DNA from: Octopus sinensis
Taxonomy: Eukaryota
DNA: 64,000 nucleotides
Reading direction: 5' to 3'
Assembly (NCBI RefSeq): GCF_006345805.1
Contig: NC_042998.1
Span: forward strand, 78,182,001 to 78,246,000
Numbering within the stretch: the first letter of the stretch is position 1; the number at the start of each line of letters is the position of its first letter. Position numbers and translations under genes: made by a program. Shown one piece after another: positions 37,381 through 50,936 of this stretch. The notes beneath the pieces were generated by a model that did no database searches, was not told the origin of the DNA, and saw only the letters and a program-made list of their open reading frames with translations.

Positions 37381-37811
37381 GGAATCCTCCCAATGGATAA
37401 CTGGTAGGATTTCATCAGTTGCAGGTAAGAGTTTGGGGTGGATTTTGAATGAATGCGTCTTTGTCTCTCTTATGGCGTGCGATTTTGAAGGTGACATTAT
37501 CCAAAAGTGAAGAAACTAATCTTAACATTATGGATATATCATATTTTTATGTATGTTGTACATGTTATATATATTACATATAGTTATTATATTTTGTATA
37601 TGCGAAATGTATTTCATGTTCATATTAAATACAGCGGTGTTTGTATAGCCTAGTGTTTAAGGTGTTCCTTCATGATGGTGAGAACGTGGTGAAGCTATTC
37701 AGGCAACGTTGATTTTGAGGGAGAGCGTATGCTAATACGTAGCACATACATTTGTTTACCATGAACAAGAAATTGCAGAACCGTCTTTCTCGGACTACGA
37801 GAGACTACCAT

Positions 37812-37817
37812 TATATA

Positions 37818-37874
<57 letters not shown>

Positions 37875-37951
37875 CATATATATATATACATATATATACA
37901 TATATATATATACATATATATGCATATATATATATACATATATACATATAC

Positions 37952-37982
<31 letters not shown>

Positions 37983-38590
37983 CATATATATACATACATA
38001 TATATATATATATATACATATATATACATACATATATATATATATATACATATATATACATACATATATATATATATATAAGAAGACTCCGCCAGTTACG
38101 ACGACGAGGGTCCCAGCTGATACGATCAACGGAACAGCTTGCTCGTGAAATTAACGTGCAAATGGCTGAGCATTCCACAGACACGTGTACCCTTAACGTA
38201 GTTCTCGGGGATAATCAGCGTGACACAGAGAGTGACAAGGCTGACCCTTTGAAATACAAGTACAACTCATTTTTGCCAGCTGAGTGGACTGGAGCAACGT
38301 GAAATAAAGTGTCTTGCTCAAGGACACAACGCGTCGCCGGGAATCAACTCACAACCTTACGATCATGAGCCGAATGCCCTAACCACTAAGCCACGCGCCC
38401 TCACATATATATATATATATACATATATATACATACATATATATATATATATACATATATATACATACATATATATATATACATATATACATACATATAT
38501 ATTATATACATACATATATATATATATATATACATATATATTACATATATATACATATATATAACATATATATACATATATATATATAAC

Positions 38591-38642
<52 letters not shown>

Positions 38643-38805
38643 TATATATATATATAACATATATATATACATATATATATATACATATATACACACATAT
38701 ATATATATACATATATATACATATATAATATATATATAATATATAATATATACATATATACATATATATACATATATATACATGTATATATATACATATA
38801 TATAC

Positions 38806-38838
<33 letters not shown>

Positions 38839-38877
38839 CATATATATAATACATATATATACATATATATACATATA

Positions 38878-38917
<40 letters not shown>

Positions 38918-38974
38918 ACATACATATATATACATAATATATATATATATACATATATATACATATATACACAC

Positions 38975-39015
<41 letters not shown>
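37812..39015. repeat. Long compound (TA)n/(TATACA)n arrays
   Basis: Arrays at 37812-38080 and 38405-39015. Confidence 0.95.
38081..38404 (-). mobile_element. tRNA-derived SINE (third family)
   Basis: Head gagggcgcgtggcttagtggttaggg (A box) and gagttgattcccgg (B box-like), followed by gttgtgtccttgagcaagacac. Confidence 0.85.
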
Positions 39016-40866
39016 AACTTAGATAAACTTAGATATGTTTCGACCAAAGATTGGTCCAGGCCATGTCTAACTTAATAGCACCACCTGATAGGATTATTCG
39101 AATCCTGTTTAAGTCAAGTTTTGTTCAAGTAGTGAGTTCTTGTTAGGTGAGTTGTAGTATCAAGTCTTGTTCAAGTAGTGAGTTCTTGTTGGGTGAGTTG
39201 TATCAAGTTTTGTTCAAGTAGTGAGTTCTTGTTGGGTGAGTTGTATCCAATTATGGGTGGCTTATCTGATATTCTTTGAAGTAATCTATCCAGACTCCGT
39301 TTAAAGTTGATGGGATCCTTTCCTCTTTGATCTCCCTCGGGACAATGTTAAATAGGGCAGGGCCTATTGAGGAAAAGAAATTATGTTGCAGTGTACATGT
39401 ATGTTGTGATCTTGAATTGGGCAGGGGACGTATGGCCTGTGGTCCCAGTATTGGATGAACCTTGAAGCTAATGTTAAAGTCGTCTCGGCAAAGTAGGCGG
39501 TATATTCTCCACATCGTACAAATGATGTACCGCTCACGGCGACGCTGGAGGGAGTAAAGTTTCAAGGCTTTAAAGCGATCCCAATAATCGAGAGCAGCCA
39601 TGCCTTCAATTCGTTTAGTGAGTGCCCTCTGGGGTGACTCAATTCTGGAGATGTTTTGTCTTGTATGGGGAGATACATATATATAACTTAGAATAACTTA
39701 GAAAGGTTTTGGCCAGTATTGGCCCAGGCCATGTCTAACTTAATAGCACCACCTGGCGAAGTCTTTCAATTCAGGATTTGGGCACCAAGGCCCATTCGAG
39801 CAGAGAGTTATTGTTTGCGGAGACATATCCGAGTGTGGGTGGTTTGCCCGAGACTGTTTGAAGGAATTTGTCCAAAGACTTCTTGAATTTTGTGTGGTCA
39901 CTTTCTTTTTTAACGTGTCCTGGTGTAATGTTGAAGAGAGCGGGTCCAATTGAGGTGAAATAGTTGTGCCGTATTGTCGTTATGTGATGCGATTTAGATT
40001 TTTGGTGTGGACGGATGGCACGTGGTCCAAGCCTTGGATGTATTTTGAAGGTGATGCCAACATCATTCGGACAGTGCTGATGGAATATTTTCCACATCAT
40101 ACAGATAATGTAGCGTTCACAGCGTCGTAGGAGTGAATACAGTTTCAGCTTCTCTAGTCTACCCCCAGTAGTCAAGGTCTGACATGCCATCTATCTTTTT
40201 TGTGATTGACCTTTGGGGAGCTTCAATTCTCATAATATTTTGGTTTGTGTAGGGAGACCACAGTGAACAGCAGTATTCAAGGTGGGGTCGGGCAAAAGTG
40301 GAGAAGAGAAGGATAATAGTGTGGGAATCTCTCGACTGGAAGGTTCTGAGAATCCAGGAACACATTCTGCGGGCCATGTCAACGTTGCTGCTTATATGTG
40401 TAGCCCAGCTTATGTTGTTGTCCACTGTTACTCCCAAGTTTCTGATGTTGTTGGATGCCATGAGAATTTCTCCAGAAGGAAGAGAGTATGGGAGTTTCAG
40501 AGCGTCCTCCCTTCTAAAGTGGATCAGTTCGAATTTGTCTTCATTTAGCAACATGTTATTCTTTTCCGCCCATTGGACAACAGCCAGTAGGTCTGACTGA
40601 AGGCTTATTCGGTCATCCACGCCATTGATGACCTTCTGGAGCTTGGAATCACCAGCGAAGGTTCTGATGTTACTGTGTTTGATGGTGTCAGTAATATCAT
40701 TTATGCAGATGATGAAGAGAAGTGGGCCCAACACAGTACCTTGTGGGACACCACTGCTGACTTTGGCTGGGCTGGATTTGACTCCTTCGACTACAACATG
40801 TTGGGTTCTGTTAGACAGGAAGCACTTGATCCACTGCAGCAGCTTTCCAGTGACACCAATATTGGA
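39015..40866 (-). mobile_element. Two tandem 3' fragments of a second CR1-clade LINE family (family B)
   Basis: 40866-39677: QGTVLGPLLF, FAGDSK, RPHLEYC, LKLYSL.RR.ERY, then tail. 39660-39015 repeats LKLYSLQRRRERY and the same tail (agttagacatggcctgg...ctaagtt..ctaagtt). Confidence 0.9.
39105..39247. repeat. ~45-bp minisatellite (about 3 copies) in LINE 3' UTR
   Basis: caagtagtgagttcttgttgggtgagttgta repeated three times. Confidence 0.85.
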
Positions 40867-40872
40867 CAGTTT

Positions 40873-40936
<64 letters not shown>

Positions 40937-40963
40937 TATTTATTTATTATTTATTTATTTATT

Positions 40964-41059
40964 ATTGCTTTTAGGTGGTCAAGAAGAGGTAGGCAGTTTG
41001 TTATTGTTAGGTGGAGATAAAACAAACTGCCTACCTCTTCTTGACCACCTAAAAGCAAT
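40964..41059. repeat. Perfect 39-bp inverted repeat, 18-nt loop
   Basis: 40964-41002 is the exact reverse complement of 41021-41059. Confidence 0.95.
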
Positions 41060-41472
41060 TGTCTTCTAATTTACCTAAAATCCCATCCCATATATCTGTT
41101 GAAATACTAATCTTGAGGTTTCTATTCATTTATTCTATTTATTCAGTTATTTATTTTCTCACTGATTCTTCTCTTTTCAAAAAACACTCTGGCCTTTTGA
41201 CCACTCCCCTAAGAACAATAGCTTGTGCCCTGTTTATTCCTAAATACCAACCTACCCAAAAAACGTCCCCCACCACCACTCCATTAAATCTGCCTAATTT
41301 CATAAATACCAGAACTTATTTTGACAGCCAGCTTCCTGAAGATTTCATCTGAATGAAACAGCTCTAGCCCTGTAGAAGGTCCTTCTATAAAATAAATTAA
41401 TTTACTCTGCTATGTATTGAGTACCTTATTTACTGTGGTTAACCCCGACTCAACCCGGGACCTACATATATA

Positions 41473-41889
41473 GGCGCAGGAGTGGCTGTGTGGTAAGTAC
41501 CTTGCTTACCAACCACATGCTTCCGGGTTCAGTCCCACTGCGTGGCACCTTGGGCAAGTGTCTTCTACTATAGCCTCGGGCCGACCATAGCCTTGTGAGT
41601 GGATTTGGTAGACGGAAACTGAAAGAAGCCTGTCGTATGTATGTATATATATGTATATATATATGCATGTGTGTGTTTGTGTGTCTGTGTTTGTCCCCCT
41701 AGCATTGCTTGACAATCGATGCTGGTGTGTTTGTCCCCGTTACTTAGCGGTTTGGCAAAAGAGACCGATAGAATAAGTACTGGGCTTACAAAAGAATAAG
41801 TCCTGGGGTCGATTTGCTCGACTAAAGGCGGTGCTCCAGCATGGCCGCAGTCAAATGACTGAAACAAGTAAAAGAGTAAAGAGTAAAGA

Positions 41890-41890
<1 letters not shown>
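41473..41890 (+). mobile_element. Full-length long tRNA-derived SINE
   Basis: Head ggcgcaggagtggctgtgtggtaag...gggttcagtccca (A/B boxes), central TA/TG tract, tail ggcggtgctccagcatggccgcagtcaaatgactgaaac and (AGAGTAA)n. Confidence 0.9.
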
Positions 41891-41930
<40 letters not shown>

Positions 41931-41995
41931 TATATACATATATATACACATATATACATATATATATATATATACATACATACATATATATACAC

Positions 41996-42032
<37 letters not shown>

Positions 42033-42381
42033 CTACATACATATATATACATATAATATATATACACATATATATATACATATATATACATATATATATA
42101 TACATATATATATATATACATATACATACATATACACATATATACATACATATACATATATATATATATATACATATATACATATATATACATATATACA
42201 TATATATACATATATACATATATATACATATATACATATATATACATATATACATATATATATATATACATATATACATATATATACATATATACATATA
42301 TATACATACATATACACATATATACATACATATACATATATATATATACATATATACATATATATACATATATACATATAT

Positions 42382-42412
<31 letters not shown>

Positions 42413-42454
42413 TAATACATATATACATATATATACATATATACATATATATAC

Positions 42455-42528
<74 letters not shown>

Positions 42529-42630
42529 TACATACACTATATATATATATATATACATACGCATATATATATATATATATATATACATACATATATATAT
42601 ATATACATACATACATATATATATATATAC

Positions 42631-42675
<45 letters not shown>

Positions 42676-42699
42676 CATATATATATATATATACATACA

Positions 42700-42739
<40 letters not shown>

Positions 42740-42784
42740 CATACATATATATATATATAACATACATATATATATATATATATA

Positions 42785-42872
<88 letters not shown>
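41890..42872. repeat. ~1-kb compound (TA)n/(TATACA)n array
   Basis: Direct reading; source of the 357-aa IY-rich ORFs. Confidence 0.95.
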
Positions 42873-42875
<3 letters not shown>

Positions 42876-42946
42876 TAAAAACGATAAGATAACAAAAGAA
42901 AGAAAGATACCTCAATATTATGTAAATAGAGGAAATTTATCTATAA

Positions 42947-43083
42947 AATAATATGTTACATTACTCAATAGTCCAGGTAAAACTCTGAGTTTCAGATGCC
43001 GAAGAGATGGTGTTGTGGATTTCCACTTCGGCATCTGAAACTCAGAGTTTTACCTAGACTATTGAGTAATGTAACATATTATT
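42947..43083. repeat. 58-bp inverted repeat (one mismatch), 21-nt loop
   Basis: 42947-43004 pairs with 43026-43083. Confidence 0.95.
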
Positions 43084-43111
43084 ATATATATAGATATATA
43101 TAATATATATA

Positions 43112-43182
<71 letters not shown>

Positions 43183-43267
43183 AAAATAAACTTACTTGGA
43201 AATGGATGCGTGGCATTCAATCAAATAATAACATAAATAATATATATATATATATATACATATATTT

Positions 43268-45180
43268 CCTTTTCATGGGAGATTTGGAGGGGTTTTTTTC
43301 TATCTTGAAGAGTTCCTCTGTCAGGTGGGATTTCACACTGTCATTAAGTTGTTTGTGTAAACGATTCGATATCTTTATTCTCCACCGCATGAGTATATTC
43401 CTGCCTCGGGGAATGATGTTTTTGTGTGTATTGGGTCCCTACTCTGGGACATATTTAATGCATATGGCTCGCATTATTGACATGAATTTATTGAGTTTCA
43501 TATCTATGTCTTGCATAGAGAGGATTTTAGGCCAATCCTGCTGGATTATCTGTTTTTCAACTGACTTCCTGTCATCTGAGCGGAGTTTAACTTTAATTAA
43601 TTCAGGGCCATACATTGTCTATTCTATCATGTTATGGTCTGACAAAAATTGTCCGTGAAATATTTACGTTGTGGATAATTTTCACATTGTTTATAAAACA
43701 GAGGTACAAGATATTTTTATGCCTGGTTGAAAAGAATATGATCTGCTCTATAAATAACATTTTCGTAAGATCAAATAGAGATTCTGCTTGATTTCTTTCT
43801 TTATGCGTCATTCCTGGGGTAATATTGCCCTCAGGCCCCCTGATGTTGGGGAAATTGAAGTCACCAATCAGGAATATAGTAGTACGTTGATCCAATTTTA
43901 TTAGTACTTCCTTTGTCGCACTAAGGCTTTCCTCAAGTTTTCCATCATGATTTGAGGCATCAGGTGGGCGATGTAGTGTGCATATCACTATATCACATTG
44001 CTTTAGATGCGCTGTGAGTGTGTCACACACCGAGTTCGAGTCTGATAACAGGGTTAAAGGTGTGACATCTTCCCAGATGTACATTGCAACTCCACTGCGG
44101 CTTCTTTTTCTTCTGTCTGTAGAGAAGATAGGATACTTTGGTATGTATATCTCCGCGTCACTTATGTCCGCAGATAGATGTGTTTCTGTAAGTGCAGTGC
44201 ATGCAGAAAGATTCTTCAAGTGCTCAATTTTGCAATTGCTTTTGTTCTGCAGCAGGCTTCTTATATTCATCAGTAGAAATGGCGTTGGTGTTGAAGTGTT
44301 GGGTGGTATGGTGGCAGTGGTGGCCAACCGGGGTCCATCAATTGTGACGGTCTTGTGTGCGAGGGTATATAGCTGAGCTTTCTCTGTAGCCATGACAACC
44401 GTTGCCCAATTTCCTGTGCCACACTTGTAAACATTTTGTTGCTCAACCGCTGCAGCTTGTACTGTATCTGCATATGACTTCTGTTTGGCCTTTCTTCTGC
44501 AGGTTTGTACTGGAATATAGATTTTTCTAAGTGTGGTTATTTCCTTCGTTGGGTGAGTGGTGGATTCTGCTCCAGCGCTGGGTGCGCAAAGCAGCAGATT
44601 GTCCCACTCTCTCCATGCCAGCAGATACCTCTTTTGTGGAACTTGCAAATAGACCTTTTTTCTGAGAGGGTCTGATTTGGGTTTTTATTCTATAACCATT
44701 TTCACTCGGCTTTTGTCTGATATCTTCTTTTTTTTACTTCTACATTGCTGCTTTGGGGGGTGTTGGGACTGTGGTTGTTCGCACTTTTCTCGTTTCCTTC
44801 CTTGTTCAACATTTTAACTTTGGCATCGATGTTGCCATTGCTTTCTATGTGAGGTTTCTCGCAGGCAGTATCATCATTTTTTTTTTTACCACTTTTGAAA
44901 ATGATGTCTAGTTTCTCCAGATGTGGCCATACGAGCACATAAAATTGGATAAACTCATTCTTCTTCCGCTCTATTTGTGCCACTGATCTGGAGAAACCAT
45001 TGCTGTTCAGGGCAGATGTAATTAAATTATTTGGCGAATCGCATTCTGCGATTTCCCAGGCACGTAGGAACAATTCTATAGCTGTAGACATCCAGTTTCT
45101 TGTCATATTTCTTGTGGTGTATGGCTGTATTGGTGTATGCAGTGAGTTTTTGAGTGCAAGTAAGGAGAGAGCAGAGGTGT
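43268..45180 (-). mobile_element. 5' part of CR1-clade LINE (family A-related): ORF1 remnant with CCCH finger and AP endonuclease
   Basis: ICKFHKRGICWHGESGTICCFAHP; MNIRSLL, LTETHL, STDRRKRSRSGVAMYI, HRPPD, IGDFNFP, SDHNMIE; linker homologous to the other family-A copies. Confidence 0.9.
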
Positions 45181-45780
45181 GATGGGAGAATTCGCGGAGG
45201 AGAGTAAGAAGCTGGGTAGGTGAGGGAAGAGACCAGAGAGGGTGACGAGGAAGATGTGAGAGGACAGACAGGAAGTTGAGGCAGAGAGGAGATTGAGAGG
45301 GAAGCAGAGATGAGGGTAGAGTAGGTATGCCGGGGAGATAATGGGCAGGTAACGGTGGGGAGGTTGTAGGTGTGAGTAGATGAAGATAGGGGAGAGGAGT
45401 AAGTGGGAGAAAGAGGGGAAGAAAGGAAGACGAAAAAGAAGTGAGAGAGGGCGAGAGAGAGACTAGATATAAATTTACTTTAGTACAGAGAGAAAGGAGG
45501 AGGAGGATGTATTGCTAAGGTCTGAGTGAGATGTAAAAGTCTTTGAAAAAAGAGTGATGGAGAGAAAAAGAGAGGAAAAAGGATATTTATTTGGAGAAAG
45601 TGAGAGAGAAGGAGAGAGAGACTACATGCACATTGATTTTAGTATAAAGAGAGAGCAGGGGGATGTATCGTTTGTAAGTGAGAAAAGTAAAGTAAAGTGA
45701 GAGGAGTATATATATTTGTAAAAAAAAGTAACATGATAGGGAGAAAGGAAAGTGGAAGTTACATGATATATATATATATA
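45181..45780. repeat. Purine-rich (GA) low-complexity tract
   Basis: About 600 bp strongly G/A-biased on the plus strand. Confidence 0.8.
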
Positions 45781-47844
45781 TACAAGTTGAGATAGGGGTT
45801 GTAAATGCAACCCTCCATGGGATAACATATATCCAATATACTGCTAGTGAAGTACCCAACACAGTTAATACATAAATGTTAATGATTGCGATGCAATCAA
45901 TTCATTTACTGTATTATATGGGCAAAGGTAAAATGATTTACCACAAATTACTAGCCTGGTTTTGTTTTGTTTTGTTTTGCAAGCTCCTGAAAGAAAAGTG
46001 AAATATTATTCGGATAGAGAAGAAAAACTTTCCTAACTTATAACCAAAATAAACGAATGGGTTAAAAGAAATAGAAAGCCAGTATTTTTCAGACCACATT
46101 AGAAAGAAAAATATATAAACAAAGATAGAGAAGAGAAGGAAAGAAAATAAAATGACGTCGCGTAGGTCTGAAACAAAAAGAAAATACAGAAAGGGAGGAT
46201 CGATAACTTATAACTTTTTTTCCTTTTCGGGACCTTTCGTTAATTTAATTATAGGAAATGCACGTATACTTATCTTATCTTGTCTCAAGTTTTTCTTAAA
46301 GCTATGGTGGATCTCAGGAATGTTCTCTACTTTCCCGTAAGCACGTAGGGGAAGTTCCCGTACGCACGTGGAGGAGTTTCTTGATCGGAGAAACAGCGAT
46401 GTTTTGATTTCGTGTTTTGTCGAAGATTCTTTCTGCTCAGTATATTTATGTTCGTGATTTTAAATATATCGTAATTTTATAGATATATTGTATATTAGTA
46501 TATTTTCCTGATCAGTATGCTGCTTTCTTTGAAATATTTTCACGGCTTTTCAGAAGCACAGGAAAACACGTCTGAACTAAGTATATAATTATAAAAATAT
46601 AATCACAATTGAGGGCTCTAGAATTCCAGTGCCTATACGCTAGAAGCAGATGTCAAATACCTACAATCCGCTCTAAATTTGTTCTCTATTTATAACCCAA
46701 GATCGAATGCGATGTAATGAGCAAGAAAATTTACAAAATTTCGGTTAATGCTATATCCTATATCCTGTATTTCGTGCTCTGTAATAACGATCACTCAGTG
46801 GAGATATACCGACAATATAAAAGAGAAAAAAATATATATACATACCAATAAAATTTTGCGTACAGGTACCAATATATACATGCATTTCCCGTGTATATAT
46901 TACATCTAATCGCCCATCTCGGCCATGCAGTTAATGTCAGAAATCATACGGGGTAAATATTGTACCGAAGCATAATATAATGACTAGAGAACTCAAAAGT
47001 TATCTATACTTATAAATTGAGGATATAATCATTAAAATCATTATATCAGTAGCTAGCGTATAAAAAAAGACCATATCGGTAAAATTAAATTCTTAAGTAT
47101 ATAATTGTAAAAATATGATTACAGGAAAGAGAGAAGAGAAAAAAAGAGAGAGTTCAGCTTTTTGATCTTCTCATACAATTCTTATAGAATAATCTCCTTG
47201 TTTCCTCAAAATCCAGATAGAGTAGGCCACGCACCTATGAGTTTGAAAACTTCAAGAAATAAACTTTAATTCATCTTTGATAAACATTTTCTTAACTCTT
47301 CAAGTCTTTATGAAGTAATCCCAACATTTTATTTTCGCTGTTGAAATAAATGCGGCTTTTATTCTACCTCCTTACTTCCTAATATGATATATATTCCACA
47401 TTAACTTAATTTAGAAATACCTCCAGATTTGTGTATTTGAGTGTGTTCGCACATATATGCGTGTGTGGACGTGTGTGTGTGTGTGTGTTGTATTTCTCTT
47501 ATTTTCATTTCTTCAATAAATTTTCATTACATCACATTGAAGTGTTGTGTAGCCATTTAATTTTATTGCATTTATACTTTTACATGTCTTTCGTTTTCTT
47601 TTTCAAAATTACAAACTTATGAAGACATGACAGCTACACGCAATGAAATCGGCTTTCATTTTTCTCCACCCTTGTATATAATGAAACATAAGTGGGTTTG
47701 TTTTCCAGTTATATTCAGCAACCTCACCAAAGCATTCTAACAGTAAAGCTGTTTCGAAGTCTTATGAAGTTAATTCCCTCACATCTCCACTCTTTAAATT
47801 GACTTTCGAACTAAACTACGTGAATCTCTTTCTCTCTCTCCCTC

Positions 47845-47917
<73 letters not shown>

Positions 47918-49917
47918 TTATCTGTTTCTTGTTTCTCTTTCTCTCGTTGTTTCACTATGTAATTCTACACGTCCCAGAGAGAGAAGTGGAAGTAGCTTAT
48001 AGCTACATCCTCATAAAAATACTATAAATAACAGGTGTTGATTTTTACTCATTTGCATATCAGTACATGCTCTTGTAGTGTTAATACAATAACTAAAGTA
48101 TTTTTTAAAACGGTTCCATCTGTCTTATGGAATATTACATTGTGTTATAATGAGTTATATTTGCAAACTATATCGAAAATGCATTGCTTTCTGTTGACAG
48201 GTATTTTATGTTAATTACGTAATGTATTTAAAAGTACTTTTTATTATAAATTGCAGTGTTTCGTTTATCAGTATGTTTGGTATTGTTCGGTATTATCTGT
48301 TGTATTCTGGTATGTCATATTGTGATTATATTTCTATTGTCTTTAAATGTTAACGCTATTGTCGTGTAATCATGCATAGCAAGTTTAGAATTTTACATAT
48401 TGTGTTGTAGATTATCAAAATACTGTGGTCTGTATTTCTGCTACTTTGTACAGTTTATCATATTCTATTCATAACTCATTGTTTTACAGTTTGTGTTTAA
48501 GGAATTTTTTATGTAACTTCGATTGTGTTTCTATGGTACGTGGTTACATTGTATTTAATATGTATCATGATTTACTCTGTTACTTTAGACTTAAAGTATC
48601 TAATATTGATCAAATTAATTTTCTACCACTAATTATTATTTACCGTTACTAAAACTTATTTGATACGAGAAAACATTTGTATATCTTAGTTACACTACCA
48701 CATTTATGAGTTGAACTATTTATTGCTTCCAGCAACATGAGTGGTAAGGCCCCATAATCTAAACAGCTCTGGTTAAACATTTGCATTGAATAATAAAGGT
48801 TACCGTTGCAGAATTTGAGGAGCGCGTGAAATCGATTAGTCCTTTAATCTACCAGTAAATCTCTTGCCCACAGTACCCTTTAAGAAGTCAGTCGGTCAGA
48901 TAGTATTACACTACCACATACCACAACCTACAAAGTTTGAAAAAAAAAAAGAATCACACTTTAAATTATGTCTGTAAAGATGGGATCATATCAGCTGGAA
49001 AGTATGTGATCATAACCTTGCAGGATCGTGACTGATCTGGGACCAATTGACATTATCAACATCAACCTAACCCTGCCCTCTTGATAAAGCCTGAGATACA
49101 CCACATCTGAAAAATAATATCTGTTGGTTATACCTGTACCTTTGGTCACAGTTCTGATCCGTCAAGGGTTGAACAACATTGAATTACTGTTCATCATCTT
49201 AGGAAAAGGAAGGGCATATTAATTGTATAGCCCTAGACACATCACTTCTGAAAACAGAAACGCTGATTTCCTCTAGAACTCTTTGATTCTAGGTCTCTTG
49301 GTCCAGGGGTGATCTGGAGTTAGAAATCTGATTTTTCATCTCCTGTCTTCCTTGTTTCAAACCCTGTTCTAATCCTATATATATGAGTTCAAGTGTATTT
49401 CACCACTGCAACAAAAACTGGACGTTGTTCTATTGTTGCTCTTACTAAACCTAATGCAAGTTTTGATTGAGCTGACCTAAAATCTGTCGAATTTTCTGAA
49501 AAATGCATATAGGACCTCATGATCCTGTACGTCATTCTTTTGCTTTTTTAAGGCAATAGATTGTTACTTGAGTTAGATTTGGTTGCTGTTTCTTACAGGT
49601 TCGGCGACCACATAGTGACTCGCTTTCTTTTTAAACATAGGATCAGTAATATTGATCATTGCAAGCTTTGTTTATTTACTTAAACATTTTCATCAAATCC
49701 ATCTCCGTTCAGATTCTTTACCTACTTCCGTTTCTACTTGCTTTCCTTCTTTTTTTTTCACTCTCTTCTTCGTGCTGTAACTTGTCTTTGTTCTTCTTGG
49801 ATTTCTTGAAGTTGTTCTACTTTTACTACTCTTTGCTTTCTTACTTCCTTTCTTCTAATCCTCTTATTTCCTTTTCTTTTTATTTTAATTTCATGCTTCT
49901 TTCCTTATTTTCTCTAC

Positions 49918-49941
49918 TTTTTATTATTATTATTATTATTA

Positions 49942-50005
<64 letters not shown>

Positions 50006-50045
50006 CTATTATTATTATTATTATTATCATTACTATTATTATTAT
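49918..50045. repeat. (TTA)n microsatellite
   Basis: Direct reading. Confidence 0.95.
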
Positions 50046-50089
50046 CCCTTCCTCTTTTGCTTTGCTTTCTTTTCCTTCTCTGAAATATG

Positions 50090-50190
50090 AGGCTTTATTA
50101 TCCTGAGTAGAGTTGAAATGATTCCGGAAGTCGAAAATAAGTAGTAGGTATTTCTTGGAATAGCCATGAACAGCTTTGTAGATCAAGAAA
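50090..50190 (-). mobile_element. Possible L2/CR1-type ORF2 C-terminal remnant
   Basis: LIYKAVHGYSKKYL resembles the LxYKALxGxAPxYL motif of L2-type LINEs; very short. Confidence 0.3.
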
Positions 50191-50878
50191 TCAATACTAT
50201 ATTAATAATAAAATGTAATTTTTAGAAGAAAGGAATAAGCATCACGGCATCTCTTCCTATAAATTATAGAGTATTTGTACAAAATCAAATAAATATCGGT
50301 ATGATAGTTGTACAAATTCTCTTGGTACGAGATCGAACCCTGCAGGGAAATATGCGCTTTAGTCATGGAGTCAATCTATGTCTTTTTTGACGGCTTTAAA
50401 TTTCATGTGTGAGAAATATTAAGTAGTAATACACAGCTTCATGTGTATATTACTTTGTATATATATGTGTGGTGTGTGTGTGTGTGTATTTTATGCATGT
50501 CTTATGTGTAACAGGTGGCATGTCATTAATTTATGGCGGGACGAGTCTGGAAGACATTACTGATCTGCAGTAGATTTAATGAAGCGTTATGTGGAAAGAG
50601 CTCCGTTATTACATGTTGCATTGGTACAGCCTTGTATGAAACTTCGTATCCAGAAAATGATAGGCGTCAGTTATATGCTAGGAATTTGGCAGAACAGGTT
50701 TCATGCCAAACACGTTCGACGGTTTTGTTAGAATTCTTAAATATGAGGGATTGTTGAGGAGCTACTTGGGAAAACAAGTCTCTGAATCTGCTGAAAAACG
50801 TTATACAAATGGTTATTAATGAGCGACCGATCAAGAGGAGAGAGTGAGACAGAGAGACAGAGACAAACAGACAGAGAC

Positions 50879-50936
<58 letters not shown>

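Noticed and set aside
38330-38404. tRNA-like sequences (also 41473 and 56861)
   Set aside because: They have A/B boxes but no complete cloverleaf and continue into repeat bodies, so they are SINE heads rather than tRNA genes.
41325-41370. CTGAAGA-TTTCA-tc-TGAA-TGAAAC hammerhead-like motif
   Set aside because: Stem I and stem III pairings cannot be completed; at best a decayed copy.
37752-42915. Long ORFs of 100-357 aa rich in I/Y/M/C/H
   Set aside because: They are translations of TA/TACA arrays, which lack stop codons in most frames.
47640-47780. Minus-strand DFETALL...LMFHYIQGWRK resembling MULE transposase motifs
   Set aside because: Too short, and it lacks the conserved Cys of the CxFH motif; could be chance.
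50511-50757. Possible host exon after tgtgtaacag|
   Set aside because: All frames hit stops quickly or give no recognisable protein; no supporting partner exon.
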